Shown: positions 24,498 to 37,192, counted from the stretch's first letter. The stretch: 64,000 nucleotides of DNA from Cyanophora paradoxa CCMP329 (GCA_004431415.1 QPMI01000408.1:930001-994000); one strand, 5' to 3'. Numbers and translations: made by a program. Notes: generated from the letters alone by a model not told the origin.

Positions 24498-25578
24498 CTA
24501 TTGGGAGGGCTGACATGCAGAGAAGTCCAACGCAGGACCTGGGTATGTGGAATTCCTCAGTTGCTCTTCCATCAGAGCGATCGAAGTCTTCCGCTTGCGC
24601 GAGATGAAGGTCTGGTTCATTCTTGATATCGTCATCACCTTCGTCATCTCCTCAACGCTGAAGTTCGCGATATCGAGTGCAATCCAGTCGACTTCCGCAG
24701 GCCAAACAGGCGAGCTCATGCCACTATCAATCTCGTCCAGAGTAGCTTCGAAGCAGACGCAGACCCAATCGCCGCAATTAATCACTCCAGTCTGCAGCTT
24801 GAAGCCAGATGGAACTGCAGATGTGCAGCTATAATCTGGGAAAAGGCGTTGTAGCTCTAGCTCTAGGTCTTCCGGCATGTCCTCTCCTTTCGAATCGAAC
24901 CAGCGAATTTGCTTCACCTCCTTCATGATGGACATCAGGCAAAAATGCTCTCCAAACCCGCGGGGGTCAACGGTGTCCCCTGTACTAACTGGACACGAAA
25001 AGCAAACAGCAGTACCACCATTCAACATAAGGCTCGCTGCTATATCTGGAGTGTTCAGGCTGCGTAAAGACTGCAGCAGCTGCTGCTCGTGCATCGGGTA
25101 GGCGAGCATCACGCGCTGACGCAAGCGATTGTACTTCTTGGACTTGAGAGCCGCAGATGTCATGCAGGCAATGTGAACGTCCTGCGTGTATCATATCAGA
25201 ACGCTATGCTCGAAAGACCAGATCTAGCATATTCATGATGCTCTAACCGTTAGCCAGTCCTTGGGAGTGGGGACTGTCTGTTCTGTATGCGTCCGGCTGG
25301 TCGTCCTCCGCCGCGCTTGATTCACCTTTCCGCGCTTCGCAATTGGAACTCCGCGCGCGTTCTCCATACCCTAGGCAAAAGTGAGTTGGAAATACAGACA
25401 CCCAATGGCAGACGCATGAAGGGACCCACGTCTCTTGCACCGTATCCAACAGCAGTAGTAGAGCCGGCAGCTTCGCGTCCGGCCGCGATCGAGACCGACG
25501 AGCTGTGGCTCGGCGATCAGCTCGAAGTGTAGAAGAGCTTGAAACAGCGGCAGTTACAAACCTTCTCTTGGGAGGCAT
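24498..25578 (-). CDS. Stand-alone spliced Ulp1/SENP-like (C48) protease
   Basis: GEHFCLMSI..IRWFDSKG...KLQTGVINCGDWVC shows complete H-D-Q-C residues; short upstream exons start MPPKRR (NLS-like). Confidence 0.8.
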
Positions 25579-25649
25579 CACACGGCAGGGACACTACGGC
25601 AGATGGTGAAGACGAGCCCGACCGATCGCAGCAACCGTACGAGACCCGG

Positions 25650-25850
25650 CGGATCCGACGTGCTGAACTGTTCAGCACGGGGGGGGGGTAGACCAGCGTA
25701 CGGGTACACGTTATGACTATCCGTCCCTCGCATACGGACGCAAAGGCCAGGAGTCGCCCCTCCTAAAGCACACATCCCCTACACGCGTGCGAAGCCTGCA
25801 TAGTGCGCAGCAGCGCAGGCCCTTCCGCGGGCACTTCCGCAGGCATGACC
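25650..25850. promoter_or_regulatory. ~200-bp hairpin/G-run cassette, copy 2, ~70 bp upstream of the Ulp1-like ATG
   Basis: Diverged direct repeat of 12986-13190; palindrome CGTGCTGAAC-T-GTTCAGCACG at 25659-25679. Confidence 0.5.
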
Positions 25851-26199
25851 GGCGCGCATCCGCCGTCCAGTTCGGCAATCACACGATGCCAATACCATGG
25901 AAAGTACCGGTAAACACTCCCCCGCACGGAATTCCTAGAGCGCAGCTTCCGCCACGCGCGCGCCGCTCCTGTAGCTATCTACGGTCGCTGATCTTGCCGC
26001 GCTAAAACAGACTCACGAAGACGAGCTCGGCAGTTGGTGGCGCCATTGGCCAGTAAAGCTAGCACGGCGAGCCTTTCGAAAGCAGCGGCGCACGCTCCAA
26101 CCAGGCGAGCGTCGTGTGTCACGGGCCTCCGTGTGCGTACACTCGCTCAGGCATAATACCCGCTACGCGCCTGACCGAATAGCAGCAAACGTGAAGCAC

Positions 26200-28107
26200 G
26201 ATACTATGTTAGATGCTGGTGTCGGGAACGAAGTACTAAAGAGCCACCAGCATGGATCAAGTTCCAAAGACGTGCGCCGCGTTCCTGCAACCTTCAGACC
26301 CCTGACAGCAACCCACTGCTGAGCATATGCATGGCCGAATGCGCAGCCCTGATTTATGCGACGTGGATCGAAGGAAGACTAACACTGCTTGCAAAACACG
26401 GCCGAATCCCTTGAATGCTGACAGTTATGCTTATTCTGAAACGGCTGCACAAATTCAAACAGTACTATCCGCCAACAGACGCATGCTTATCATGCACTTC
26501 AATCTGCTTCCAGTGATCAAGGCTAGAAAATGTGGGATGCTAATTCCCACCGCCAGGCCTTCAAGGGCAGAGGGAAGAATACCCGTGCGTGCAAAAGACT
26601 GTGTATAAATACTTCTTGGGAAAAGACTGTGCAAGGCCAAGCTTACTTATCATGCGCATTGACTCAGTGAGCTTCTTCAAACTGTCATACTCATGACACC
26701 TAGCAAGATATCTTGATTTCTAGGACTAGATAATGTGACATGCACGCATCCCAGCCTGCCAACGCGTCCGTTCGTACATAGGAAAGACAGCACTTGCATG
26801 CACAGAGTGATAACTGATATACACCGACTCCGTCACTTCAGACGGGACTATTCGCAAGCAAAAGCTTGCTTCTCAAGCGCTTCAATCTTCTTTCGGAGAA
26901 GCGACGCCTGCATGCACAAAGACAGTAAGTTGATAATCGTGGTGCACATATGTATATGACACACACACCTCAGCCTCAAGTTCAGCGGTACGGAGAAGAA
27001 TAGAGTCCAAATCCTCCTTCCTGCTCGTTACAAAGGAGTGAGCATACTACATTAGCTAAGGTTAAGCATCCACACATTGCTCACTTGTACTTGACGTGCG
27101 CTGCAACAATGTTGTTAAGATGAACAAGATGCCAGCCTAGCAAGCCTAAGGAATTCCTAACACTCACAAAGAGCTCCGTGGCAGAGTCAATCAGAAGTTC
27201 TGCATCAGTCTTCTCTGACGCCGTCATACGGCCAGAGCTGTCCTCGTGTACAATCTGCTTCGACTTGGGGAACACGCTCATGAAATCGCTCAGCTGCTGA
27301 AGAAGACGATCGAAGATTCCAGCAGTCATCATCCCCCTGCCAGGAGAGGCCATAGATGCAAGAGTGCAATCCGGCGCTACATCAAAGTCAAAACCAGCAA
27401 TAAATAGGCCTAAAAGTAGAGAGCAGGAAGCGACGTACCCGTGACAGGGCAATCAATCACATCACCGTTCTGTGCTCTGAAAGAACAGTCTGCATCTTGC
27501 AACTCATCCTCGTATATGATGTACTGCTCGATCGCCCCTTTGACTAAATCATCGATGGATGACTTGTCCCCGACGAGCAATATCTGCAACACCTCCACCT
27601 TCCATGCCACGTCACGAAGCGCGTCCTTTCCAGGGCACACAGGCCTTGGCTGCATCATGATTTTCGCGAGACGTGAAGGAGCTATGCGGCCCATAGACTT
27701 GAGGAGCGATAGTATCGTTGCATGCCAGTCTTGCCACGCAGAGCCGCCGTCCACGACGATTGTTCGACAGCGACGTATCCAGTCCACGAGATCGCTGACG
27801 TGCCCAGACGTGCACACACATGCAGTCAACTGTAAAAATACGAGATTATGCCCACGAAGACCGTGGAAGCAAATCTAGGCAGACGTACGTGGCACGGTTC
27901 CAGCTGGGATCTAGACCTCTTCCCGGCTGGCATCCGCAGGCTAATCTGCGCGGGGCGGCCAACGGAACGATGCTTAGACCAGAAAGATGCAGGAGGAGGT
28001 CACCACACCAGCAACACGGTCTAGGTGCACTATCAGGGAAGCGATACAAGTCAGACTCTCCACGCGGCCCCGACCGTCTGCTCCGACTGCAACTACCGCT
28101 GCTCATG
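26200..28107 (-). CDS. Multi-exon gene of unknown function (boundaries approximate)
   Basis: Normal-complexity ORFs 27410..27829 and 27081..27452 with GT/AG-like edges; Cys-rich start CCWCG..CGC. Confidence 0.45.
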
Positions 28108-29159
28108 CGCAGGGCGGCCAGAGGAGCGCAGTTCAGGACGGGAAGGGCTTGAGCATAGTCATCACACATTCAGCGCAGACGATATGCAGGGGCAATAACG
28201 TACCGGAAACGCGCAACGACGACCTCACCAGGCCTAGGCGTCTACCGCTGCACACGGCGGTCAGCTTTCAGCCGCTCGATTCCCAATCGGAGCATACGGC
28301 AGTGCGGCCAGAGCACATATGGCACGCACGCAACAGCCGTACGCCAGCGCCCAGCAGAAGAGCGTCTCCACTAGCGAGCACACGAGCGAGCAGGGGTCAA
28401 CCCAAGCAGGGCTACCGGTATCGAGTCCACGGGTGAGCAGCTGCTATAGCTCGATATCCCTGCCAAGTCCGCTAGGACCCGACTGCGGAACTTACTAAAA
28501 CTCATGTACCCCCCAGAATCTCTTCGCAACCATTGTAAGTCATAATGACATCATTGAAACTTAAACTCCGGCACCATGAGTCAGGAATTGGATCGACTCG
28601 AAGAGTGCGGATCTCGGCACTACGAAGGCCTCGGAGCTTCCAAACTCGGGAACCCCTGAGCCCCGGAAACAGCGCACGCCGACCTCCAATCACAATCTAC
28701 GCCAGAGTCACTAACACTCATTCACTTAATACCTACTACCCCAAAAACCTCGATAGTGATGGTACTGCTCGATGGTAACGGGTCAGAAGTGGGCAGTATA
28801 AACAGTCCTGCCCCGGGGCAGTGCAGCCTCTGGTCTGTATCAGGTCTCCGCCGGCACGGAAATGTTTAAAATGCCAGAAGGATAGATCGATATCCGGACA
28901 ACATATATAATTTTCACGCAGAATTCAAATATTTAATACCTATAGTAGCCGGCGTACGTAATTTTGAAATATTTCGTATATATCATCAGAATTAAACCGG
29001 GTAAATAGGGAGGAGCGAGAGTGCTGAGGGATGAAAATTGGAAGGGTAGAAGGAATGATGGGGTACGACATCGAGCTCCCGGCGGCGGGGGTCTAGATCT
29101 GCAATCGCGAGAGGAGGAGAGTCGTGTAGAGCGCTATTAATATTGGCAGCTAGCTATAT

Positions 29160-29790
29160 AGCTCCCCGCAGCGGCGCCCCTCAGCGGCGGCCCATCTCTC
29201 GCTTGGTGCGGGCCTCCCTGCACTTCGGCGCCGCGCTTCGCGCGACGGGGCGGGCGCAGGGAGGACCTCTCGCGGCGCCCGCGCGGCGACGGTGGCCGGG
29301 GCGAAGCGGCGGTTCATCTCTCGCTTGGATCGCGCATCCCCGCCCTTCCGCGTCGCGCCCCGCGCGAAGAGGTGAGCACAGGCGACCCGACTCGCGGAGC
29401 ATTCGCGGCAGGGACGGGGCGGCCGGGACGCAGCGGCGGCCCATCTATCGCCTGGTGCGCGCTTCACCGCCCTTCCCCACCACGCCCCGCGCGAGAAGCC
29501 GAGCGCAGGCGCCCCGAATCGCTGCGCCTTCGCAGCGGGGCAGCCGGGGCGCAGCGGCGGCTCATCTCTCGCGTCGTGCGCACCTCCCCGCCCTTCGACG
29601 CCGCGCCCCGCGCGATAGCGCGGTTGCAGGGAGCTCGACTCGCAGCGCCCTTGCGGCGGGGGCGGTCGGAACACATCGGCGGCCCATTTCTCACTTCGTG
29701 CACGCCTCCCCGCCCTTCAACGCCGCGCCCTGCGCGACTAGGTGAGCGCAGGCGACCCTACTCGCGGAGCCTTCGCGGCGGGACCGGGAC
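29160..29790. repeat. GC-rich ~120-bp degenerate tandem repeat
   Basis: GCGGCGGCCCATCTCTCGCTTGGTGCGCGCCTCCCCGCCCTTC variants about 5 times; same family at 35965-36910. Confidence 0.75.
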
Positions 29791-31252
29791 GGCCGGAGGA
29801 TAGCAAGTGAGAACATAAATCCCAAGCCCGGGTGCGTCGGCGGCGGTCACAGAGGCCAAGTCCGCAGCTGCAAGCAAGATTCGCAAGTCTCTCTCATGCC
29901 AGACGCCGACTATATCTAGGCAGCGGGGCCCGATCCCTGGCGGCGGTAAAGATAGATCTATAGATTCCTTGCGGGCGCACACCCCTGAATGTTTTGCAGA
30001 GGCTCAATAAACTAACAGACACTATCAGGCGCCGGCTAGCCCCACGGGCCCGCCCCGCGGTCGCCTTGCCCCGCCCAGCGGCCGCCCTGCCCCATGGCCG
30101 CCCTGACCCGCCCCGCCCCGCCCCGCCCCACCACACCCCGCCCCGCGGTCGGGAAACTAAATTGTACGAATACAAGTGTAATGCTAGCTGGCTTCTCCGA
30201 AGTAAGAACCGTGCTGGCAGCCATGCAGCCATAGAGCTTAAGATTGCTGAAGCACCCGTACCCCCGCCCAAGCTCAGCCCAGTCGATCTGCTCGCAGGCC
30301 CCCCCGCCAGGGCCGCACTCTAGCGTCTCTCTCATGCCACCTCCCAGTGCCTTACCCGCGCAATCTGGCTCCTCGGCCCCCGGCGCCCTCCCGCGCACTC
30401 TGGCTTCTCGCGATCGGCCCCCGGCGCCATGTCTTAGCTGCGAGCTCCGGAAGAGAGACGGCGGCGGCCTTCACGTCCAGGGACACGCCAGCGGCCCGCA
30501 CCCGCCGTCATTCAATGGACATGCCTATGGCGGGCGCCCTGCCCGCACACTACCTCCGTCGCTCTACATCACATCGCACCTGCCGCCACCATGGCCAGAT
30601 GCAGTGCCCCACCCGCGCCCTCCAGCACCCCGCTCCCCATCGCACGTCATCGGCCCGTCCCCGCCGCCATCAATTGCCCCGCCACTGGTGCATCGCAAGC
30701 GACCCGCCACCGCCGCCGTCCAGCAGCAGCAAATTGCGAATTGTGTGCTGCGTCCGTTCAGGCTATTCACGATCATCAGATTGTATAATCACTCTTCGAT
30801 ATTTTCTAACAATCTCGGCTGTACTGCCACGTGCGCTGCAATCGAAAGAGGTGTCGGCATTCCTGTGAATCCAGGTCGGGTAATGTCCAAGTGCGCGAGC
30901 GTGCACTTGGTGACTGTAACCGGAGTTGAAAAGCGGCAGCGCTGGGCCCTCGCCAAACGGACAGCGCGGATACGCGCGAGATGTGGTGCGTCTGGAACGT
31001 CGTGCATGTGTCTGGCATGAGACGGCGTCAGCAGGGCCGGCGGGATCTGTTAGAGGGCGGGAACAAGGTGTACGGTGGCGAGTTAGAGAGCGCCAGCATG
31101 AAGCAAGCAATGCAAGGGTGCAGCGATTCTAATCTAAACGGGAACTTTTGCGGGGTGTACGCAATTTTGGTTAGTACGCAATCGATACCGCAGTGTTAGA
31201 GCAAAGTTTGAAATTCACCGCGGTCACTCGGGTGTGCACCTCTTCAAGCGTC

Positions 31253-33536
31253 ATGGCCCGTCAACCCAAGACCACGGCCCCTGCCGCGCAAGGTGATAAT
31301 CCTGAGGAGGCCAGTGTGAAGACGCCTAAGAAAGCGTCGGCGACAGCTCCACCTGCAAAGGCAAAAGGGAGTGGTAATCCAGCGAAGGGACTGCATCCGG
31401 AAGCCGAGGCGGAGGAGACAGCGATTGATGTCGCTGAGAAGCCCGAAGCTTCTGGAAATCCGGTTCCGGCGGCCAGGTGGGTTTTGAAACTTTCAACGCC
31501 AGTGGTGTGTACGGTCCTTGCGCTGTGTCTAATTTTTAGTTGTGACAGTGGACATGCCGTGGATGGTGCCGACAAGGTCCTCGATGATCGCAGGGATGCG
31601 GACGGGCGAGAGCAGGTTCCCTCGGCTATCGCAGGACAGCCCCCCGTCGCATCAGGCAATCAGTAAGTTCACTGTATCGTCGGAATTCAACGCGTATTGA
31701 GACAGATAGCACAGCTCGCTGGTTAGCCCTACCTCAAAGACAAGTACCGCGCTTGCGCCGATTTCTCCCGCTGCGGTCGGCCCGCCGGTTGGCCACACGT
31801 TGACCATGATATCGTAAGCTCCGCATACAATTTAGACACCTAACCGGCGGAGTCTAATGACCATTACAGACCTCTCAAGCGGATCACTGTGGCGCGCACC
31901 TTCGCGGATTTGAAGGATGGCAGGGATTTCGAGGGCATCGTTCGAATCGGGAACATGCACAGCATCAACGGACAGAATGGGACTGATTCGAATTCAATCC
32001 GAGGCACGTTGGAGGACGAGGTACGTTGCATCAACATAAGTTCCACGTACAACGCACGCTTACGCCGTCTCCCTCAATGCCTAGGTCGGCGACAAAATCG
32101 CAATTCGTATTTTCACAGGAGCTATCGTGAAGAATGCGGAAAAAATGGCGGCCAAGGGAGATATTGTTCAGCAAGTGAACGCGATCACCGACCAGTTGAG
32201 CACCAGCTGCAGCATTGATGGAATGGTCAGCCATTCCGCTCCATAAGTAGTACGCTCATATCTACGCTCACACAGAAGTTTTTGCGGCAGTATTTGATCA
32301 TGCGGGCCTCCAAGGCCCGTTACCTTGTGAAAGGTACGGCCAACGAAAAATTGGCTTGGCCAATTTCGCGGGATCGCACAATGCTGAAAGAGATTCAAAT
32401 CAATTCTGGTAACGTTGGGAACATTGCATTTGAGGCCGTACACGAACAGGTACATTCCGCTATAACACTCTGGAAATCTGCTTTAACACGTGTATGTACT
32501 TATGCAGGACCCTCGACTTTCTAGTCTGCCGCATAAACTGGCGAGCATGGAACACGCGGTGTTTACTATCATGCGTTACGAAATCGTCTCAGACTTCAAG
32601 GCTGCAACCCTTGACTACATGAGTGTGAACAGGCAGTGCGAATCAAATCGGTTCAGCGAATGTGTGCTCCACTATACGTTAATACCCAAGTTAGGCTGAT
32701 TGCGAGACCACAGACAATGTGCATTGTGTTATCAAAGAGGACGAGGATGGATATGTTTGCATGGACAAGCACGGATGCAAAGTTTCTGCTCGGTTTGGAA
32801 AGGATGCCAAGTTCGACACCCTTGGAGTGCTGTACGACAATTACAGCGTCAACAACGTCGCCGACATCGTCGTATCGTTTGTCGAGGTGCTTCAGTATAT
32901 CACGATGGTGGTATATGCCAAATTCACCCTTCCTTGGCAGTTCAAGTTCGAGAGACCCGCAGGCAAGCCGGTGGAAATGTGGTTTGGCTACTTTTCTGAG
33001 GTCATGGGACTTGCGGAGTACGAACAGCGGAAGACAAGCCTCCCAGACGGGTTTGTGACGAAGTCGCTCAAGACACCCGACGTGCAGGCCCGCATGCATG
33101 CGTCCGTTCCGCTTGGCAACGCTACCAATCGGCTCGGTGCAATATTTCCATAAATATGTAGACCTCCGGCTAATAACTACAGTCAGGTCTTTTCCCGATC
33201 GGGCCAGCTGCAAACAGTGGCAGTGGTCTAGCCCTCAACGGGACCGGAGGACCAGTTACTGGTGGATTCAATGGTATTGGAGGGGCTGGATCGATTGGGC
33301 ACTCGAGCTCGTCGATGGCAATGGCGGCAATTGGATCGGGGATGCAGCCGCAGCTACTCACATTCAAGGCAAACCCGTTTGCGGTCTCTCGTGGCGGCAG
33401 CGAGGCGTCATTTCACATGGGCCAGTCTGAGCGCGAGGTACGAGTTTACACAGACACCTCCAATTAATACGGCGTAATCGTAAACACGTCAGCCAACGGG
33501 GACCAAGCGGAAGTCCGGCGGAAACGCTCAGGTGAC
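31253..33536 (+). CDS. Spliced RPA70/SSB-like OB-fold protein (end approximate)
   Basis: GIVRIG..IRGTLEDE|VGDKIAIRIF spans intron 32021-32083 (OB-fold L.D..G.I pattern); later C..HC..GYVC..GC followed by LYDNYS resembles the Zn-ribbon OB fold of RPA70. Some Helitrons are known to encode RPA-like proteins. Confidence 0.55.
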
Positions 33537-34116
33537 TCCCAAGAAGACGCGAAAGACGAAAGACGCCGACGTCACGTCGGATGTCGAGGGACAGGAAGAC
33601 GCGGGTGAAGAAGATGAGGAATATTAACGTTGGCAAGTCCAGGACATGAACAGGTGGCAAGTCGAGGGCATGAACAATAAATAGCGAGTAAATAGACGGG
33701 GAACCGGTGGATATACAGAGATGTATTGGGGGTAGACGGACATGGTTGGGGTAGCAATTGTATTCATGGTCCGTGAACATGGATAAAGCAAACTGGTTTT
33801 CATTTGCGAGGGTAATGGGCAAGTGAGTCACTCAGAATCGGCACAAATAACACACAGCAGAACCTCATTTATAGGGGCAGACCAATAAGTGCGGGAGGGG
33901 GAAAGAGGATTAGGGAGGACCAGCTGCTCAGGTGGGTTGCTCACAGGGTTCACCCCGCTCAAAAACAACGCACACCCCGCTCAAAAACAAAAAAGTGCGA
34001 TTACAGACGGAGCAAGAACTGGTGCCTAAATGATAGAAACGACATACCCACTGCCGCCCCCATTGCCACACCCATGACCTCCTGAACCCCGCATCAGAAA
34101 TTATATGCATCATCGA

Positions 34117-34821
34117 TTACACGTGTGTATCTTCGGGATCAGAAAACGTGGGAAAGAAAAGTCCTCCTACTAACGACCGGAGCCGAAGCGCAAATGCAAG
34201 TTCCGAAAGCGCCCGTCTACGGACAACCGCTAAGTCGTCATCATTTGAAAGACTAGCGGTATCTGGGAAGGGAATTTCGGATACAATGGATCGCAATTGT
34301 ATCGCAAACGCCATGTTTGCATGTGCACGACGTCGAATGGCAGTCAAGTCATCATCGTATATCAGAGGTTCGTTCTTAAGTTCGGAGAAGGGAGATATGG
34401 TGTCCGGCCGCAATATGGGTTCAGCATCGGAGCTCGCGATGAGTGGGGGATTATCTCTTCTTGGAGTACGCAGTTGTTTACATAGCTGAACCTAGGAGGG
34501 CGGGCATAAGCGCACAGGTCAGTCAACATCAGACGTCTGGATAGCAATATTAATAAGAACCTTAACACGTCGCCAAGCCTGCAAGGAATTGAAAGCATCT
34601 TCCATGCCAGGTTCAGTGGCTAGTTGGAAATATGCAGGGAGAACCTCATTGTCACAATGGACATACGCTATCATACGAGGCGGCACAAGCAGCCGCGGCA
34701 GGTCGTCTTGAGCAACCGTAAAATATTCTTGGATTAACCGGAATTGTCGAGCGTATCGAATCAAATCCTGAGCACATAAATTACGGGGAGACTCGGTCAT
34801 CTGTGCATAGCGCCCTAACAC
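34117..34821 (-). CDS. Small orphan gene with an internal duplicated helix motif
   Basis: DDDLTAIRRRAHANMAFAIQLRSIV and DDDLAVVRRRALSELAFALRLRSLV in ORF 34117..34413; possible upstream exon 34519..34821. Confidence 0.4.
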
Positions 34822-35531
34822 TTATTTAGATTAACACTTATAGATAACCCTCCCTCCTTGCTCCCCTATTTTAAATATAGTTATACGGTCGGCACATCAT
34901 GTGACTTACCCATCCGGTCCGAATGGGAGTGAGGATGTTCGAGTCCCAGTGCACCAATGCGAGACAAAAATGCTGGAAGCGGCTAGCGGGTGTCGTCGCT
35001 GACAAGAAGGGTAATGTGCCAAGAACGATGATCATGTGAACAGGTTTCAAGCGTACCTCCATCTGAAGGATACCAGCCCATGACCGCGTCAATAAATTTG
35101 AGTGGCGGATCACTGTACGACCATGCATGTATTCATTGTTAAATTTGAGAATCCACAAGGAAATGCCCACGTAAACAATGATGCATACGTCAGTTTATCA
35201 AGTTGTTGTATATCGGATTCGCCCACGGCTAGTGGATCAGCTGGTAGGAGAACTCCGACGTCGCCAGCCGAGATGGAACGTTCTCGCGGCACTCCGCGCG
35301 CGTAACATACATAGCCAGACACCTGTCGTTCGCATACTATCCACGTCAGTCAACCAATGGCATGTTACCATGAGTAGGCTGCATGTATACCTTAGCTAGT
35401 ACATGCACACACTCGTACGCGAACTGTAACATATCCAGGTATCGCGAACTTAGCTGTCGACATGAGAGCTAACTGGGTGAGCGGTAGCAAATGACCGGAT
35501 GCTTGCAACCGGACGAACCTAGGCCTGGCCG

Positions 35532-35965
35532 ACAATATGGTAAGCCGCCGGAAGAGAATCTGACCGGCGCCAACCAAATGGTTCGGGCTGAAGCTTGGCT
35601 ATTCGGTACCCGTAGACCAGCCGACCCGGACGGCTGCTCGCATCGCTTAGACCCAGGTTCGAATCCTGGGAGTGAGTCTTTTTTACCATCTTGCTTTCAG
35701 TCCGTGGTACGAAAATCTTTAGCTAGGACATGGACTACAAAATAGTAAGCCGCCCGAAGATAAGCTGACCCGCGCCAACCAAATGGTTCGGACTGAAGCT
35801 TGGCTATTCTGTACCCGTAGATCTAGACCAGCCGTCCCGGACGGCTGCTCACATCGCTTAGACCCAGGTTCGAATCCTGGGAGTGAGTCTTATTCGCCAT
35901 CTTGCTTTCAGTCCGCGATGCGAAGATCTTTAGCTAGGACATGGACTAGAATATAGTAAGCCACC
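35532..35965 (+). ncRNA. Tandem ~208-bp units, each with a tRNA-like T-arm/B-box minihelix
   Basis: CCCAGGTTCGAATCCTGGG at 35652-35670 and 35863-35881, flanked by GCTC(G/A)C...GTGAGT; copy 1 is followed by T6. No D or anticodon arms. Confidence 0.5.
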
Positions 35966-37192
35966 CGGGGCGCAGCCTCGGATCATCTCTCGCCTGGTGC
36001 GCGCCTCCACACCCGTCGCCACCGCGCCCCGCGCGACGGGGCGGGGGCAGGGATCTCGACTCGCGACGCCCGCGCGGCGGGGGCGGCCAGAACGTAGAGG
36101 CGGCCCATCTCTCGCTTGGTGCGCGCCTCCCCGCCCTTCAGCACCGCGCCCCGCGCGACGAGCTAGGTGAACGGAGGCGACCCGATTCGCGGCGCCTTCG
36201 CGGCAGGGCCGGCGCGGCCGGGTTGCAGCGGCGGCCAATGTCTGGCTTGGTGCGGGCCTCCCCGCCCTTCTTCGCCGCGCCCTGCGCGACGGGGCGGGTG
36301 CAGGTAGCTCGACTCGTGGCGCCTTCCCGGCGAGGGCAGCCGGGACGCAGCGGCGGCCCCGCTTTCACTCTGGTTCACAGCCCCCGCTGCCCCGCTTTCA
36401 CTCCGGTTCGCAGCACCGGTGCAAGTTTCGCTCCCACTATTCGCAATTGCCCCGCTTTCACTCCAGTTCACAGCCCCGGCTGCCATATCTTAGCTGTGAC
36501 CCCCAAACATGCAAGTACGGCGGCATCCACTGCGAGGGGCACGCCACCAGCCCACCCGGCTCACAACGCCCCCCACTGCCCCATGGCCACCTCCGTGGTT
36601 CGGGGCCGGTAACATTTGCTCACATCGCAGTGCCATCCATGGCCGGAACGTAGAGGCGGCCCATCTCTCGCTTGGTGCGCGCCTCCCCGCCCTTCAGCGC
36701 CGCGCCCCGCGCGACGAGCTAGGTGAACGGAGGCGACCCGATTCGCGGCGCCTTCGCGGGAAGGCCGGCGCGGCCGGGTTGCAGCGGCGGCCAATGTCTC
36801 GCTTGGTGCGGGCCTCCCCGCCCTTCATCGCCGCGCCCTGCGCGACGGGGCGGGTGCAGGTAGCTCGACTCGTGGCGCCTTCCCGGCGAGGGCAGCCGGG
36901 ACGCAGCGGCGGCCCCGCTTTCACTCTGGTTCACAGCCCCCGCTGCCCCGCTTTCACTCCGGTTTGCAGCACCGGTGCAAGTTTCGCTCCAACTATTCGC
37001 AATTGCCCCGCTTTCACTCCAGTTCACAGCCCCAGCTGCCATGTCTTAGATGTGACCCCCAAACATGCAAGTACGGCGGCATCCACTGCAAGGGGCACGC
37101 CACCAGCCCACCCGGCTCACAACGCCCCCCACTGCCCCACCTCCGTGGTTCGGGGCCGGTAACATTTGCTCACATCGCAGTGCCATCCATGG
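35965..37192. repeat. GC-rich repeats with a 556-bp tandem duplication
   Basis: ORFs 36138..36368 and 36694..36924 are nearly identical with a 556-bp offset; internal CCCCGCTTTCACTC sub-repeats. Confidence 0.9.

Noticed and set aside
28300-28780. Possible degenerate fourth Ulp1 gene (SFNDVIMTY)
   Set aside because: Only one weak motif; no His or Cys motifs recoverable.
28800-29160. Helitron terminus (palindrome CTGCCCCGGGGCAG at ~28808 and nearby CTAG sites)
   Set aside because: CTAG and short palindromes are abundant here; no partner end or empty site is available.
35636-35745. Complete or circularly permuted tRNA gene
   Set aside because: The downstream AGCTAGGACATGGACT is vaguely D-arm-like, but there is no matching 5' acceptor strand or anticodon arm.
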